Origin: Octopus vulgaris
Lineage: Eukaryota
Length of the DNA stretch: 64,000 nt
Assembly: GCA_951406725.2 (NCBI GenBank)
Contig: OX597818.1
Coordinates: 94,054,001-94,118,000, forward strand
Reading direction: 5' to 3'
Made by a program: the position numbers and the translations under genes. This document shows positions 12,523-25,118 of the stretch, piece after piece. The number at the start of each line of letters is the position of its first letter. The first letter of the stretch is position 1. The notes below the pieces were generated by a model. It saw only the letters and a program-made list of their open reading frames with translations. It was not told where the DNA came from and did not search any database.

Positions 12523-14169
12523 TCTATTATATAAAAGTCAATGTCTTTATATGTGTTCATGTGTTATACATTCAAAAACTGCTGCACCAATCCTAATGAA
12601 ATTTGGAACACAAAATCCAAGCCTAGAGAGAAGGGTAATGCTGTGTGTTTCATACAATTTCATGGACCAAAATTACTGAATGGATCCTTATGATATTTGG
12701 AACTTAGATTCAATGCATAAAGGCAGGTATAATGCAGTATGTTTGGTTTGAATTTGAGATGGCTTAAAGGGGGCAAAATCCCCATGAAAATTTATAAATT
12801 TTCGATGTTGATGAAATTTCAACTACAAGTAATTGACACACATCAAGAAGTATTCTCAAAGCTTCCACTTCTCATGAGGATTCTAAGACACCCTAATGGG
12901 GACCTTAACTCCCAAATTTTTAGTCATTTTTTAATAATCCAAAACTACGTCAAAAGTACTGAATGTATCTTTATGAAATTTGGAAATTATATTCTATGCA
13001 TAAGGGCCATAACCCCCATGAAAATTTTTGCTGTTGACGAAATTTTAACCATAGATATTAGATACAAATGAAGTAATATTTATAAAATTTCATCTTCTTA
13101 GAAGTTAGAAAGACCCCTCCATGGGGACTTAACATCCACAATTTAGTCATTTTATCTAAGCAAAGATGAATACAGTTGTACTCTTGGAAGCTGTAGGGTC
13201 ACCTGAGCATAAAAGATGAGCATTATTTGTAATTCAATGGTCCAACAGTGTAAGAGTTTGCTTTGAGATATACTTAGATTGTGATTTCTGCAATGTGGTA
13301 TGTAAACTGTCAAGTAAATGAGAAGGTATCTTTGCCTCCACTGATTCAGTTGCAAAGTGTTGAGTAAAGTTATTTGGTTGCAGGCCTCCTTTCAGTCTTT
13401 TTATTATCACTGGGTCACACATAGTCCCCAGATGGTAACATTGATTTCAAGGCCTTCCCAGATGAGTGACTGGTTATTGAAAGACATTTATAGATTGTAA
13501 ATTTCTGTCCAGTTACCATTCAGTATAGTGGTCATTTGCAAACTCCAGAGACGACACTTTCATTTCCCTTTAGCCCTCACATCACACAGTTGTTAATGTT
13601 TATTTCAGTTGGGTCATGCCCTTCCAATTGCTATAGATCCGTAATGCATCTTACAGCTGTGCATGTCACTTGTTTGGTGAGGAATCTTACATTGAGGAGT
13701 AGTAACAGCTAGGGTAGGGTAGCTGATTGCTTATTGTGATCATTCATTTTTTGGTTTCCTGTAGTTTTGCTCTCTTTTACAAACCCAGTGAACATACATA
13801 TATTTCCTATTTCAAAGAAATTCATTCTCAACAATTCAACTTCTCTGGTTGACATTAAGACACCCACCCCTATAGGGGCCTTAACTTCCACATTTGAGAG
13901 CTCCATGACCTCCATTTTTCAGGAGCAAAATCCTTTTAATAGGTTCCATAAGACTGGAATTTTGGAATCTGCACATAAAGATCATTAGTATGGGATACAT
14001 GTGTCATGATTAGAATTTTTTTTAGGGTATGTAAAGAGGGAAATAACCCTCATCTGCAATTTTGATGAAATTTGAATCATAGGTATTCTAGTTCATTAGA
14101 GAAAATATAACAGAAAAGTCTAATTCTTCAATTGCATGTAACATGGGCAATGCCGAATATCTCTGCTAG
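12523..14169 (+). mobile_element. Older non-autonomous Helitron (~1.65 kb)
   Basis: A|TCTATTATATAAAAG start; recurrent atgaaatttg/cccatgaaaattt/ggggaccttaac internal motifs; end catgggcaatgccgaatatctctgCTAG|T. Confidence 0.7.
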
Positions 14170-14324
14170 TAGTAAATAAGAGGAAAAAATAACACGAGGT
14201 GAAGTGGCGCTGAAAAATAGGAAACCTACAAAGGAAATATAAATATGTATATAATATGGCAAAATATTGTTATATAGGTTGGCAAAACAATATATGTATA
14301 TATACAGACTTAGAGTAGACACCC

Positions 14325-14560
14325 ATAGACTTAGATCTGATGAGACCACTGTATTCTCTGATAAGACTAAAAAATTATATAGAGTAAGCAATGACAAATA
14401 CGCACAGCTTCTTAGCAACGGCATTTCACAAACATACAAGAGGGCTGCCCCTCAAGTTTATGAGGCCAGAAATATAGTGATTAAAAGGCAGTCGCCATAT
14501 TTCAGTCCATATCATCTACCTCTGATGAGTGTAGGGTTACCTAACACTCTGTTGTACAAA
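14325..14560 (+). mobile_element. Penelope-like element fragment
   Basis: LRSDETTVFSDKTKKLYRVSNDKYAQLLSNGISQTYKRA resembles the ADKT.N.Y....Y..LL..NIT..YKK segment upstream of Penelope RT domains; a ctgatgag-stem motif follows at 14522. Confidence 0.6.
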
Positions 14561-14631
14561 ACACTTCATCTATAAACTGCATAGTACAAAACACTTCATC
14601 TATAAACTGCATAGTACAAAACACTTCATCT
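14554..14631. repeat. 30-bp tandem repeat, 2.6 copies
   Basis: gtacaaaacacttcatctataaactgcata repeated exactly. Confidence 0.95.
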
Positions 14632-14930
14632 CATGTTGTTCTGCAATTACTTTGACACCTGATGTGTGGCACACTGTGCACCAATTCAGGCAATGTTGAT
14701 TTGATGGAGGGAGTGTGTTGATGTACAGCACATACATTTGATCACTATAGACGAATCATTTGTGCAGGTCATTCAGAGAAAATCTGAATGCTCATACATC
14801 ATCTTTGACGAGAGAGCCCATGCATATATTTTATTTATTACACTATTGTATGACTGAGCGCCTTCGCGTCGATTCGATTCGTTTGGTTTCGTTTCGTTTC
14901 TTCTCTAAGGTGGTTTATATATATATATAT

Positions 14931-15745
14931 ATTCTTTTACATGTTTCATATGACTGCAGCCATGCTGGAGCACTACCTTTAGTCGAACAAAGTGACCCCA
15001 GGACTTATTCTTTGTAAGCGTAGTACTTATTCTATCGGTCTCTTTTGCTGAACCGCTAAGTTTTGGGGACATAAATACACCAATGTTGGTTGTCAAGCAA
15101 TGGCAGGGGGAACAAACACAGACGGAAAGACACACACATATAAATATATGTACATATATATATAATATATATACATGACAAGCTTCTTTCAGTTTCCATC
15201 TACCAAATCCACTCACAAGGCTTTGGTCAGCCCGAGGCTATAGTAGAAGACACTTGCTCTATATATATATATATATATATAACACTTATTGGATACATTT
15301 GACATAAGTCACTTATGTAGCACTACAGTTAAATAACATATTCTTTTATTCTTTTACTTGTTACACATTTGACTGTGGCCATGCTGGAGCACCACCACCA
15401 TGAAGGGTTTTAGTCGAACAATAAACCCCAGGATGTATTTTTTAAGCCTAGTACTTATTCTATTGGTCTCTTTTACTGAACCGCTAAGTTACGGGGATGT
15501 AAACATGCCAACACTTGTTGCCAAGCAGTGATGGGAGACAAACACTGACAAAGACACACACACACACAGATATGTATGTATATAACAGGCTTCTTTCAAT
15601 TTCTGTCTACCAAATTCACTTGCAAGGCTTTGGTCGGCCTGAGGCTATAGCAACAGACACTTGCCCAAGATGCCACTCAGTGAATCTGAACCTGGAATCA
15701 GGTAGTATGGAAGCAAGCTTCGTACAACACAGTCATGACTGCCTA
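14931..15745 (-). mobile_element. Two adjacent family A SINEs (14931-15258 head-truncated; 15340-15745)
   Basis: Both match 1631-2000. Confidence 0.85.
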
Positions 15746-16039
15746 TATATATATGTAATATTTAATACACAATTTATGGATTTAACTAATCTAGTGGTAC
15801 TCACAACAAAACTCCTTCAGTGGACCAAGCTATAAACTGCATAGTAAACCAATAAAGAAGGGTGTTATGCATAGTCCTATGTTGTTGAAATCCAGTAAAT
15901 CTAATTAGTAGTGATTATTTCTTGAGGGGTATATAAAATATAAAGAAAGTTAAGTGGTATGAGGTGAATGTTCATCTCATACCTCCTGACATATACATAT
16001 ATATATGAACGACTCTATTGGCCACAAATGTCCATTGGT

Positions 16040-16270
16040 GCATCTAAGAGGTTCCCCTTAGGGGTACAAGTCTGGGTGGAAAGTCGCCTTACCAGCAAAA
16101 ACACAACCTAGGGTTGTTTTCATGGAAGACCAGCAGTCGCCCATGCATACCAACCTCCCCTCTCTATGCCACTGATGTTATCCAAGGGAAAGGCAAAGAC
16201 CGATACTGCTTGGCATCAGTGATGTCGCAACTCATTTCTACAGCTGAGTGAACTGGTGCAACATAAAGTG
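16040..16270 (-). mobile_element. Probable RTE-type 5' leader fragment
   Basis: GC-richer block with nested inverted segments (cactgatg/catcagtg, ccaag/cttgg), resembling 5' leaders I recall from RTE elements; assignment from memory only. Confidence 0.45.
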
Positions 16271-16879
16271 GCTGGGATTTGGAAGGGCATCCAGTTATAA
16301 AAAACATGCTAAAATAGACCTTTCTGGTGCCATGTAAAAAATACCCAATCCAATTTGTAAAGTGGTTGGCATCCAGCCACAAAAACCCATGTCAAAACAT
16401 AATGGAGTTTGGTGCAGTCCTCTGGCATGCCAGCTCCTGTAAAACCATCCAACCCATGCCAGCATGGAAAACGGACATTGAAAGATGATGATAATGGATG
16501 GTTCTCCTTGAGTGCAGCAAATCACATCACATGACCATACCAGTACAGTCTTTTCTCTTGTAAATTACATCTGATGCCTCTTAGGCCTGATTTTTTTTCA
16601 ACACACACACACACACACAATGGGCTTCTTTCAGTTTCCATCTACCAAATCCACTCACAAGGCTTTGTTGTACATATATCTATTATATGAGGTTCCATTC
16701 AATTTTCATCTATCTATTTTACTGAAAACGCATTGGCTAGTCCATATCAATGGTAGAAAACACTTCTCCAAGGTACTATATATTAGGATAAAACCCAATA
16801 CAATAAATGAGGTATCTATCCACATAGTCTCAGTCTTAACTGAGATGTTTATCAATATTTTGCATTTGCTTTAGTTGCA

Positions 16880-17413
16880 GTGTCAGGAATAAAAACCAAA
16901 ATATTGCTATGTTCGACATTGCTGAGGGAGTGTGTCAGGGGTGTATACTGTCACTGTTTTTATTATGGTACAGTCCCTGAATAACTCAATCTTTGGGACC
17001 AGCTAGAGACAGAGTTGGCTGATGGATCTTGACTTTGTAGATGATATTGGTCTGCTCAGTGATACCACTGAAATCATGCAAGAGATGACAACAGGTCTTT
17101 GTGGCATCAACTCCCGACTTGGTCTCTGCGTCAAAAGCTTTTATACATAGGCGAAAATCAACCCAAACCCATCGAGCTTAGCGAACAAAATATTGAATTT
17201 GTTGATTCTTTTACATACTTAGGCAGTAACACAGGCAGAAATGGAAAAGACTAGATTTGGTAAAGTAATGGCAGTTTTCCAAGAATTGAGATCAGTATTC
17301 TTTTATTTTTTTACTTGTAAGCCTAGTACTTATTCTATTGGTCTCTTTTGCCAAACTGCTAAGTTACAGAGATGTAAATGCACCAACATTGGTTGTCAAG
17401 TGATGTTGGAGGG

Positions 17414-17450
<37 letters not shown>

Positions 17451-18000
17451 ATGGGCTTCTTTCAGTTTCCATCTACCAAATCCATTCACAAAGCTTTGGT
17501 CAGCCTGAGGCTATAGTAGAAGACACTTGCCCAAGATGCCATGCAGTGGGACTGAACCTGGAACCATGTGGTTGGTAAGCAAGCTACTTACCACACAGCC
17601 AAATTTCTTCTGTATGCATCTATTGTCATTCCTACAGCATTGGTTGCAAGTGAAACATGGAGGCAGAGAAGATTTGCAATATGGTAAATAATTTTTCATT
17701 GTCAGTGCCTTAGAAATCTTGAGATGAACTGGCCTAAGTAAACTGCAAGACACCATCACAGCCAAATGAAGGAAGCTGCCTGGCCATGTATTGCACTTAC
17801 AATTGGAAATACCGACAAGGACAGTTGTTGAGTTGTCCGTTGAAGGAAGGAAGGATAAAAGAGAGGCAGTCTGGTGAAGATGTGACAAAGAACTGTACAG
17901 GAAGACTTGACTGAGATGGGCGTCACCTGGGAAGTTTGGCTCAGAAGGTACTGCCTGGAGAACTCTCATCACCTCATGCTCTTTGAATGAATGGAGATAA
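16880..18000 (+). mobile_element. Old, internally deleted RTE-like LINE RT/C-terminal fragment split by a SINE
   Basis: GVCQGCILSLFL, DLDFVDDIGLLS and FVDSFTYLGS before the SINE at 17296-17602; SETW, CLRN and GHVLH after it. Confidence 0.8.
17296..17602 (-). mobile_element. Family A SINE inside the old RTE fragment
   Basis: Matches 1631-2000, with an internal deletion in the tail. Confidence 0.85.
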
Positions 18001-18231
18001 CATCACATCACTTCACATAGATGTGCCTTTGTATCTGTCCCCTTCCTCTACTTGACAAACAGTGCTAGTTTGTTTACATTGCTATAACTTAGTTTGGTGA
18101 AAGGGACACATAAAATAAGTGCCACACTTTAAAAATATAAATACTGGATCCAATTTGTTCAAGGCTTTGCCCCAGCGTGGCCTTAGTCCTCTCACTGAAA
18201 CAGGTAAAAAGTAAAAAGATAAGGTGTGTGT

Positions 18232-18452
18232 TTCTTTATTTACCCACAAGGGGCTAAACATAGAGGGGACAAACAAGTACAGACAAATGAATTAAGTCGA
18301 TTACATCGACCCCGGTGCATAACTGGTACTTAATTTATTGACCCCGAAAGGATGAAAGGCAAAGTTGACCTTGGCGGAATTTGAACTCGGAGTGTAACGG
18401 CAAACGAAATACGTCTACACATTTCGCCCGGCATGCTAACAGTTCTGCCAGA
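18232..18452 (-). mobile_element. Family B SINE ~115 bp upstream of the STUB1 TPR exon
   Basis: Reverse complement of 11114-11341; agataa(a)ggtgtgtgt flanks both sides. Confidence 0.85.
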
Positions 18453-18566
18453 TAAAGGTGTGTGTGTATGTGTGTGTGTGAGTGTACTCGTGTCATCATC
18501 ATTAGTATTTCTAGCATGAGTTGATCATCTGATACTGATTGCTGCTGTTTGTTTCTTCATTTTCAG

Positions 18567-18765
18567 ATCAAAAGCCCTAACACACCAACATTCTTCACCA
18601 ATCGAGCACTGTGCCATTTGAAGTTAAAGCAGTGGGAACAGGCTATCCAAGATTGTCGACATGCTCTCGATATGGACAGATCACTTGTTAAGGGTCACTT
18701 CTTCTTGGGACAGGCTCTTGTTGAGCTTGGTTACTATGATGAGTCAATAGCCAGCCTAAAGAGAG
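18567..18765 (+). CDS. STUB1: STUB1/CHIP internal coding exon (TPR region; equivalent to vertebrate exon 2), 199 bp, phase 0 to 1
   Basis: tttcag|ATC...AAG AGA G|gtaag; translates IKSPNTPTFFTNRALCHLKLKQWEQAIQDCRHALDMDRSLVKGHFFLGQALVELGYYDESIASLKR, matching the CHIP TPR (TNRALC..K...A..DC..AL..D...VK.HFFLGQ). Confidence 0.96.
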
Positions 18766-21134
18766 GTAAGTATCATTTGAAATCTTGTTTTGTGTAAGAG
18801 AAATGATTTTGTGTCTGGCATTATTGCTCTTAAATAAATTAGAATGTTTATGTTGACAATGTTTAATACTATCCATCATTACAATAATAATAATAATAAT
18901 AATAATTATAATCATCAACTTTACTTCCTTTCTCCGTTATAAATGACAATGGATGTGGTGTCTCATGACTTGCCTTGTTCAGCTGTCTGAAATTCCTTGG
19001 AGACATTGTTCTCATGTTATTCTATCTCCTCCAGAATATTAGTAGTGTTCTGATCATTATCTAGAAAGTACAGAGAAACATTTTTATTTAAAAACTATCA
19101 CAAGCAGTTGAAGGTTACATGTCATTATTTAACAGTTGTTATAGCAATAGGTTTTCAACATGACTTAGGTTGGGTTTGAACCTTAGGACCCATAAAGTTG
19201 GTGCTGAATTTGGTTCCCAGGGTGTGAGTGACTGAGATTACAACATACCTGCTGATGGGACACTTGTTCATTGTAGGGTTAACTTCCAGCTATTGTTGGG
19301 CTCATTTATAGCTTAGTAAACTGAAGCAAAATGAAATGAAGTGTTTTGCTCAAAAACGCAATGCATTGCTTGGTCTGGGAATCGAAACCACAATCTTGTA
19401 ATCATTAGTGCATTTCCCTAACTGCTGGACCACATGCCTTCACATGCACCTTTCAAATATATTGTTTTATGCAAAGGTGAGTCAAGTAAAAAGATACTTA
19501 TTGAGCAGCATCCCGAATGGTATAGGGAAGTTATTGCTGGATGGTGAAGAAAATACTATCTCTGCAGTGGTTGCTAAGTTATTCAGGTATTGATCTGTTG
19601 AGTTTGATAATCGTTCATGTTAAAGAAGACCATCAAAAATGTTCAAGGCCATTAAAAGCTGTGTACTGTTGGAGGTTTCTGAAAATTCTTTAAAAATTGA
19701 GAACTGCTATAAGATATTTTGTTTTGATTCCTTCGATTAATCTATGTTTAGTGAGAGATTTGTGGATCCGCTTGCTTGAAATCCAATTTCAACCTTTCAT
19801 AATAGCACCTTATTTTCTTTCTCAGCATTTTACTACATATCTTTACTGAGATGCACATCAGGTTTATTACTCTATAATGTACAGCTTGGCTTAAGTTTCC
19901 TTTCTTAGGGTATTTTAGCTCCTTTTGACCATTTAGTGTTTATTGCATACTTTTAATAGGAGCTCTTATAAAGCAACTCTTTTCTATACTTCAGTGAATA
20001 TGTTATTGGATCAACATGCTTAACTGCAATGTGTCTGACAGGTGCCTTCCAGTTGTTGTTATTTGTTGTTTTTTTCTTTCTTTCTCACTTTATTTCTGAT
20101 TGTTCTAGCTAACAAAATCCTTAATGGGAAGTTAATATCCAGAGGATTTTCACAGTTAGTAGCAACATGATTAATGTTTTAACTTTTAGTTGTACATAAC
20201 CTACATTTATTATCAGCCCATGATTTCTGTCTTTTGTGTAGAAGGTACTAAGTGGAGATTTTAAAAATTTTATCGTGGATTACATGGAAGTAACCTTAAA
20301 GTTGTGATGTTATAAACTTATCTGTCATTCATTCCAGTCTTTTGATGTGGTTTATTCCTTCTGTAGCCTGAGTGTTTTGTTTCAGTTACCCATGTACAGT
20401 CTATTTTTTTGATTTTCTAACAATGTTCAATAGGTCTTCCCAATGTTTCTTGGAGAGAGAGATCAGTGTTTGTTTATATTTCATGTTTCTCTTCAGCTTC
20501 ATTAACCATTGTCTTTTTGATGTTTCTATTTTTGTGCTTGCAAACCAGGGTGCGATAGTTTCTGTCCTTTTTCTTTCTCTGCTGAAGATGCTGCTTTAAG
20601 GTTACAAACCCAGGTCTCAGATTTATACAGATTTAAGGCCACACCAGCACTTTTTGAATGGGAAATGTGATTTAGCTATGAAGCTGTTGCTGTTGAAATT
20701 CCTAGTAACATGTAGTTTGTGAATTCTTGTGTCCATCTCATTGCTTTCTTGTAGTGACCAGTTTGGAAGGCTAAATGTCTGAATAGGCACATCAAAGGTG
20801 TTGTGAGTGAAATGCTTGTTGTAGGCTGACCATATTCTCTTTACTCTTTTGAGTAAAAGTGGCATTGTCTTGCTTTTTATGCTTAATTATTTGTGGCGAG
20901 GATACAAATTATGTATGTCTTATCACCAACAACACATATTCAGACTCATCAGATTTCATCCCAATGTTTAATGTTATTTTAGCACGGTGAAAGAGGTTGG
21001 TGTTCTGTAAGTATGTGCAAGGTAAAGTTGGATACAAAGCTGATAGAAAATACGGTAACTTTCTGTTTTGATATACTGCTTATAAAGCCATCATCAGATC
21101 ACTTCATACTAGTTTATTTATATATATATATATG

Positions 21135-21380
21135 TCGGTGACATGTAAAAAGTACCAACCAATCGTGGCCGTTTGCCAGCCTCCTCTAACCCCTGTGCCG
21201 GTGGCACATAAAAATCCCCCACTACACTCACGGAGTGGTTGGTGTTGGGAAGGCCATCCAGCTGTAGAAACATTGCCAGATCAGACTGGAGCCTGGAGCA
21301 GCCTCCTGGCTTCCCAGACACCGGTCAAACCATCCAACCTATGCTAGCATGGAAAATGGACATTAAACGATGATGATGAT
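21135..21380 (+). mobile_element. RTE 3' UTR-only copy
   Basis: Same core and tail. Confidence 0.75.
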
Positions 21381-21448
21381 ATATATAAAATTAATAGAAT
21401 GAGATAAAAATCCAAGGCTGTGAAAGATTTCAGAACATTTATAAATAG

Positions 21449-21496
21449 GTCTAACAGCTGTTTCCAGGATATTTTATATATCCCTTCATCGGAGAC
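21449..21496 (-). ncRNA. Minimal type I hammerhead ribozyme-like motif (variant core), probably from a Penelope-like element
   Basis: Minus strand GUCU-CCGAUGA-A-GGGAUAU(auaaa)AUAUCCU-G-GAAA-C-AGCU-GUU-AGAC: stems I and II, a palindromic stem III and a GUH site are present; core U4 is C and the 10.1-11.1 pair is mismatched. Confidence 0.65.
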
Positions 21497-22201
21497 GGTG
21501 TGAGAAAAGGGTTAAGCAATAGTTATTCTAGAGAAGAAATAGAGAGTGAAGTGGAGGAATGAAAACAGACGTGAGATATGCAGGGATATTGTATCTGCAG
21601 ATCCATTATTTAAGCAGAATGGTATACATATGTTTCCTGTACCTTGTGTGTAAGTTCCAATAGTATTTAAAAGAAAGTAAGAGAAGAAAAGCAGAGAGAG
21701 AGAGAGAGATAATAAAGAAATGAAGAGAGGCAATGTGTACTGGTTAGTGGTCAATCAGGATAAATTGATAGAAGGAATGGGGAGGTGAGGGTGATAGAGA
21801 GAGAAAGATATGAGAGTGTAAAGAGATGAGAGGGTAAAGAGTAAAGGAGTGTCAGGTATGTAGTGATATAGCCGAAGTGAAGGGCAGAGAGAGAGGGGGT
21901 TAGGGGTAGTAAAATGGTGGAATGAAGAATTTGGGAATATAGGTTAGGTTGCTTAGAGGACAAGTCAGTGCTTAGTAGTAGAAGAATGTATATATATGTG
22001 AAGATGTATACACATGCATATATTAAACATGTATATGGATATTTACACGAATTAACACATATGCATACAAAACTCATGTATGTTACATGCATTCCCGTAT
22101 ATACACATTCATTTGCATCTAATTTTTACGTATATAAAAATTCTTGCATACATAGAGGCATGCATGTAGGCCTGCAGATGCGCATAATTGTATGTAAGTG
22201 T

Positions 22202-22247
<46 letters not shown>

Positions 22248-22638
22248 ACACATATACACGTACACATACAGAAGCAGGTATTTGTAAATATATCAATATC
22301 CACACATACTCGTATATAAATCAGTGCTTATATAAAATATCTATACCTAAAATCACATATATTCACATGCACCTGCTTGCATTCCTATAAGTGCATACAT
22401 ATGTATGCATATATATGCATACATACTCACATACATACACACACACTATTCTATTTGTATTGAGGTCTTCTTTTAGTTAGAACTAGTGTGTATTCTCTCC
22501 TTGATTGTGTTATTTTCTACATGGGGGTACAGTTCATAGGACCGTCATTACACCACTGTACAGTCAACTGGCTTACATGTGCACACATACATTTTGTTGG
22601 TATCAAGGTCTTTTTTAGCTAGTACTAGTTATTATGTA

Positions 22639-23899
22639 TCAGGCTGAGTAAAAAGTAAGCAACGTTTTGAAACATGAAATTCATCACAATATATTTTGAC
22701 AATGCGGAAATTTTATTCATCAAAGCTAGTATCATTACAATCGACACAGATTTGGCAATGAGTTACAAGTTGGTTTATTCCGCTAACATAAAAATATGGA
22801 GTTCTGGAGCTGATGAACCCTTTGAACACATTTTCAGCATCGGTTTGATTTTTGAACTCCTTCTCTTGCAGGAAAAAGTGGTAGTTGGTAGGAGAAAGAT
22901 CTGGGGAATAAGCTGGGTGGGGAAGAACTTCGTAGCCAAGTTCCCTCAACTTCTGGAGCGTCATTAGTGAAACTTGTGGTCGAGCATTGTCATGAAGAGT
23001 GATTGGCCCTCTTCTGTTGACCAGTCTGGAATGGAGGAGTAGCAGTTTTTCGTTCATTTTGTCAGTTTCATGGTAATGTGTTTCTGCAGTAAAGGTTTTT
23101 CTGAGTTTTAAGAAGTTATAGTGGATGAGTCCAACAGCACACCACCAAACTGTCACCATAACCTTTTTGAAGAGCTCGTGTTTAGGGAAGGTTTTCTGTG
23201 CTTCATTTTGGTCCAGCCATGGCAAAGACCATTTTTTTAATTATTGTACAGATCCATTTTTCATTGCAAGTTACAATATGGTCAAGAAATGGATTGGTCT
23301 GGTTATGGATAAGAAGCTATGAGCAAATTTCATATCTGTGCATTTTCTGATTTTCGTTCAAATTGTGTGGTACCTATTTGTCGAGCTTTTTTTGATTTTC
23401 TGATCACATGCAAATGGTTACAGGCAGTTTTCTGGCTAACTTGAAGTTCTTTTGCCAGTTCTCGAGTGGTTTTATGCGGATCTTTCTTAGTGATGGTCTT
23501 TAATTGACCGTCATCAATGACAGATGGGTGTCCACTATGTTCATGATCTTCAAGGCTCCAGTCTCCACTGTGAAATCATTTAAAACATTTTTGACCTGAC
23601 CACTCACTGGTCAATTCCTTCCCCAAATATTTTGTTGATTGTGTGTGCATGTTCAGCTGCTTTATGTCCCTTTTTGAAGTTTAATAGTAAAATTGTTCAA
23701 ATATCACGCTTTGGCCATTCCATTTCAGATGATTGTAACAACGGGGAAAAAAATTTCAGTGTTAATTTATTGATGCATTTGGGTATGTCTGCATTATCAG
23801 ACAATTGCAACAAAATGTTTAAAAAAATTCAAAACTCTGTAAAAGTCCAGTACAAATTCTTCATGGCTCAAAACGTTGCTTACTTTTTACTCAACCTGA
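22639..23899 (-). mobile_element. Full-length (1261 bp) degenerate mariner transposon
   Basis: 32-bp TIRs tcagg(c/t)tgagtaaaaagtaagcaacgttttga at 22639-22670 and 23868-23899 with 1 mismatch, TA on both flanks, and a transposase remnant inside. Confidence 0.95.
22713..23723 (-). pseudogene. Disrupted mariner (DD34D) transposase
   Basis: N-terminus MEWPKRDI*TILLLNFKKGHKAAE (Hsmar1-like); WVPH motif reads *VPH; KKVMVTVWW, LHDNARP and HPAYSPDLSPTNYH present (third catalytic D is N); stops and frameshifts. Confidence 0.93.
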
Positions 23900-24081
23900 T
23901 ATAATTTTATGAAGGTCTTAGAATTACTTTTTAACAAATTTCATTTGCAAGGCACTGGTCTGGGAAATTCTTGTGAATGGGACAAACTGTAGTATGTTTT
24001 AAAAAAATTGAAACAAGTGCTACATGTGCTGGGTATTATTGACTGACTGCTCATTGCATGTTTGTATATTTGTGTGAATAT

Positions 24082-24294
24082 TAATATTAGCATGCTGGGT
24101 GAAATGCGTAACCGTATTTCGTCTGCCGTTATGTTCTGGGTTCAAATTCTGCCGAGGTCGACTTTGGCTTACATCCTTTCGGGGTCAATAAATTAAGTAC
24201 CAGTTACACACTGGGGTCGATGTAATTGACTTAATCCATTTGTCTGTCCTTGTTTGTCCCCTCTGTGTTTAGCCCCTTGTGGGTAGTAAAGAAA
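24082..24294 (+). mobile_element. 5'-truncated family B SINE
   Basis: 17-bp TSD tatatttgtgtgaatat (24065-24081, 24295-24311); another 3' fragment lies at 24580-24706. Confidence 0.88.
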
Positions 24295-25118
24295 TATATT
24301 TGTGTGAATATGAGTGTCTTATACTGTTTTCTGTGTGTCTGTGTACTATGGTTACTATTTATTTAGTGCCTGTAACTACTATGTATGTATGTGTTGTTGT
24401 TTAGCCCCAGGTCAGCCTGGGTAAGCCTTTGAGCATATTTCTTGAGGGTAACTGAAGGCATATTGCCAGAGCTGGTTGCCTTTTTGGTTTGAATGTGACC
24501 AGATGTGTTTTTTTTAAAACTTGATGTATATGCATACATGGTGGTGAAACTAGTGAAGGGAAGGTTTGCTCATGCTTGTGCATCCTTTCAGGGTCGATTA
24601 AATAAGTACCAGTTACGCACTGGGGTCGATATAATCGACTTAATCCGTTTGTCTGTCCTTGTTTGTCCCTTCTGTGTTTAGCCCCTTGTGGATAGTAAAG
24701 AAATAGGATTATGTACAAACTAGAGTTGGATGCAAACAAGCAGAAAATATGAAAGCTTTCTATATGGGTTTTTAAAGCTTACTGGGCCATCATGGTTGAA
24801 GAGTTGTAAAGCAACTTGGCAACCTTGGTAGAGATCCTTATGATGGTAAAGGACCATGAGGGAAAGGACAGCTTGTAGGGTTGTATGATGTTCAAAGGCA
24901 TCTTTTGCAGGAGCACTAGTTGCAGGTAAAATTTACTGAGGTGGTAGTGTTCTGGAAGTTTACTTTTCTCCAGACTCTGTAGGCAATGTTCTCATCTGTA
25001 CTGCTGCAGTGTAGCTAAGGGTAAACCTGTTTGGAGACTGAGTTAATGATTTTGTTTGTGTGAGGGATGTGAATAGATATTTCTAAGAGGGTGATTTCCA
25101 ATTTTTTTTTAATTATCC

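Noticed and set aside
17511-17972. 153-aa minus-strand ORF
   Set aside because: Antisense reading of an RTE remnant plus SINE head.
1-18566. STUB1 first coding exon (LKEQGN..F...KY..AI motif)
   Set aside because: No such peptide seen in the ORF track or by eye; it probably lies upstream, though a short exon could be missed.
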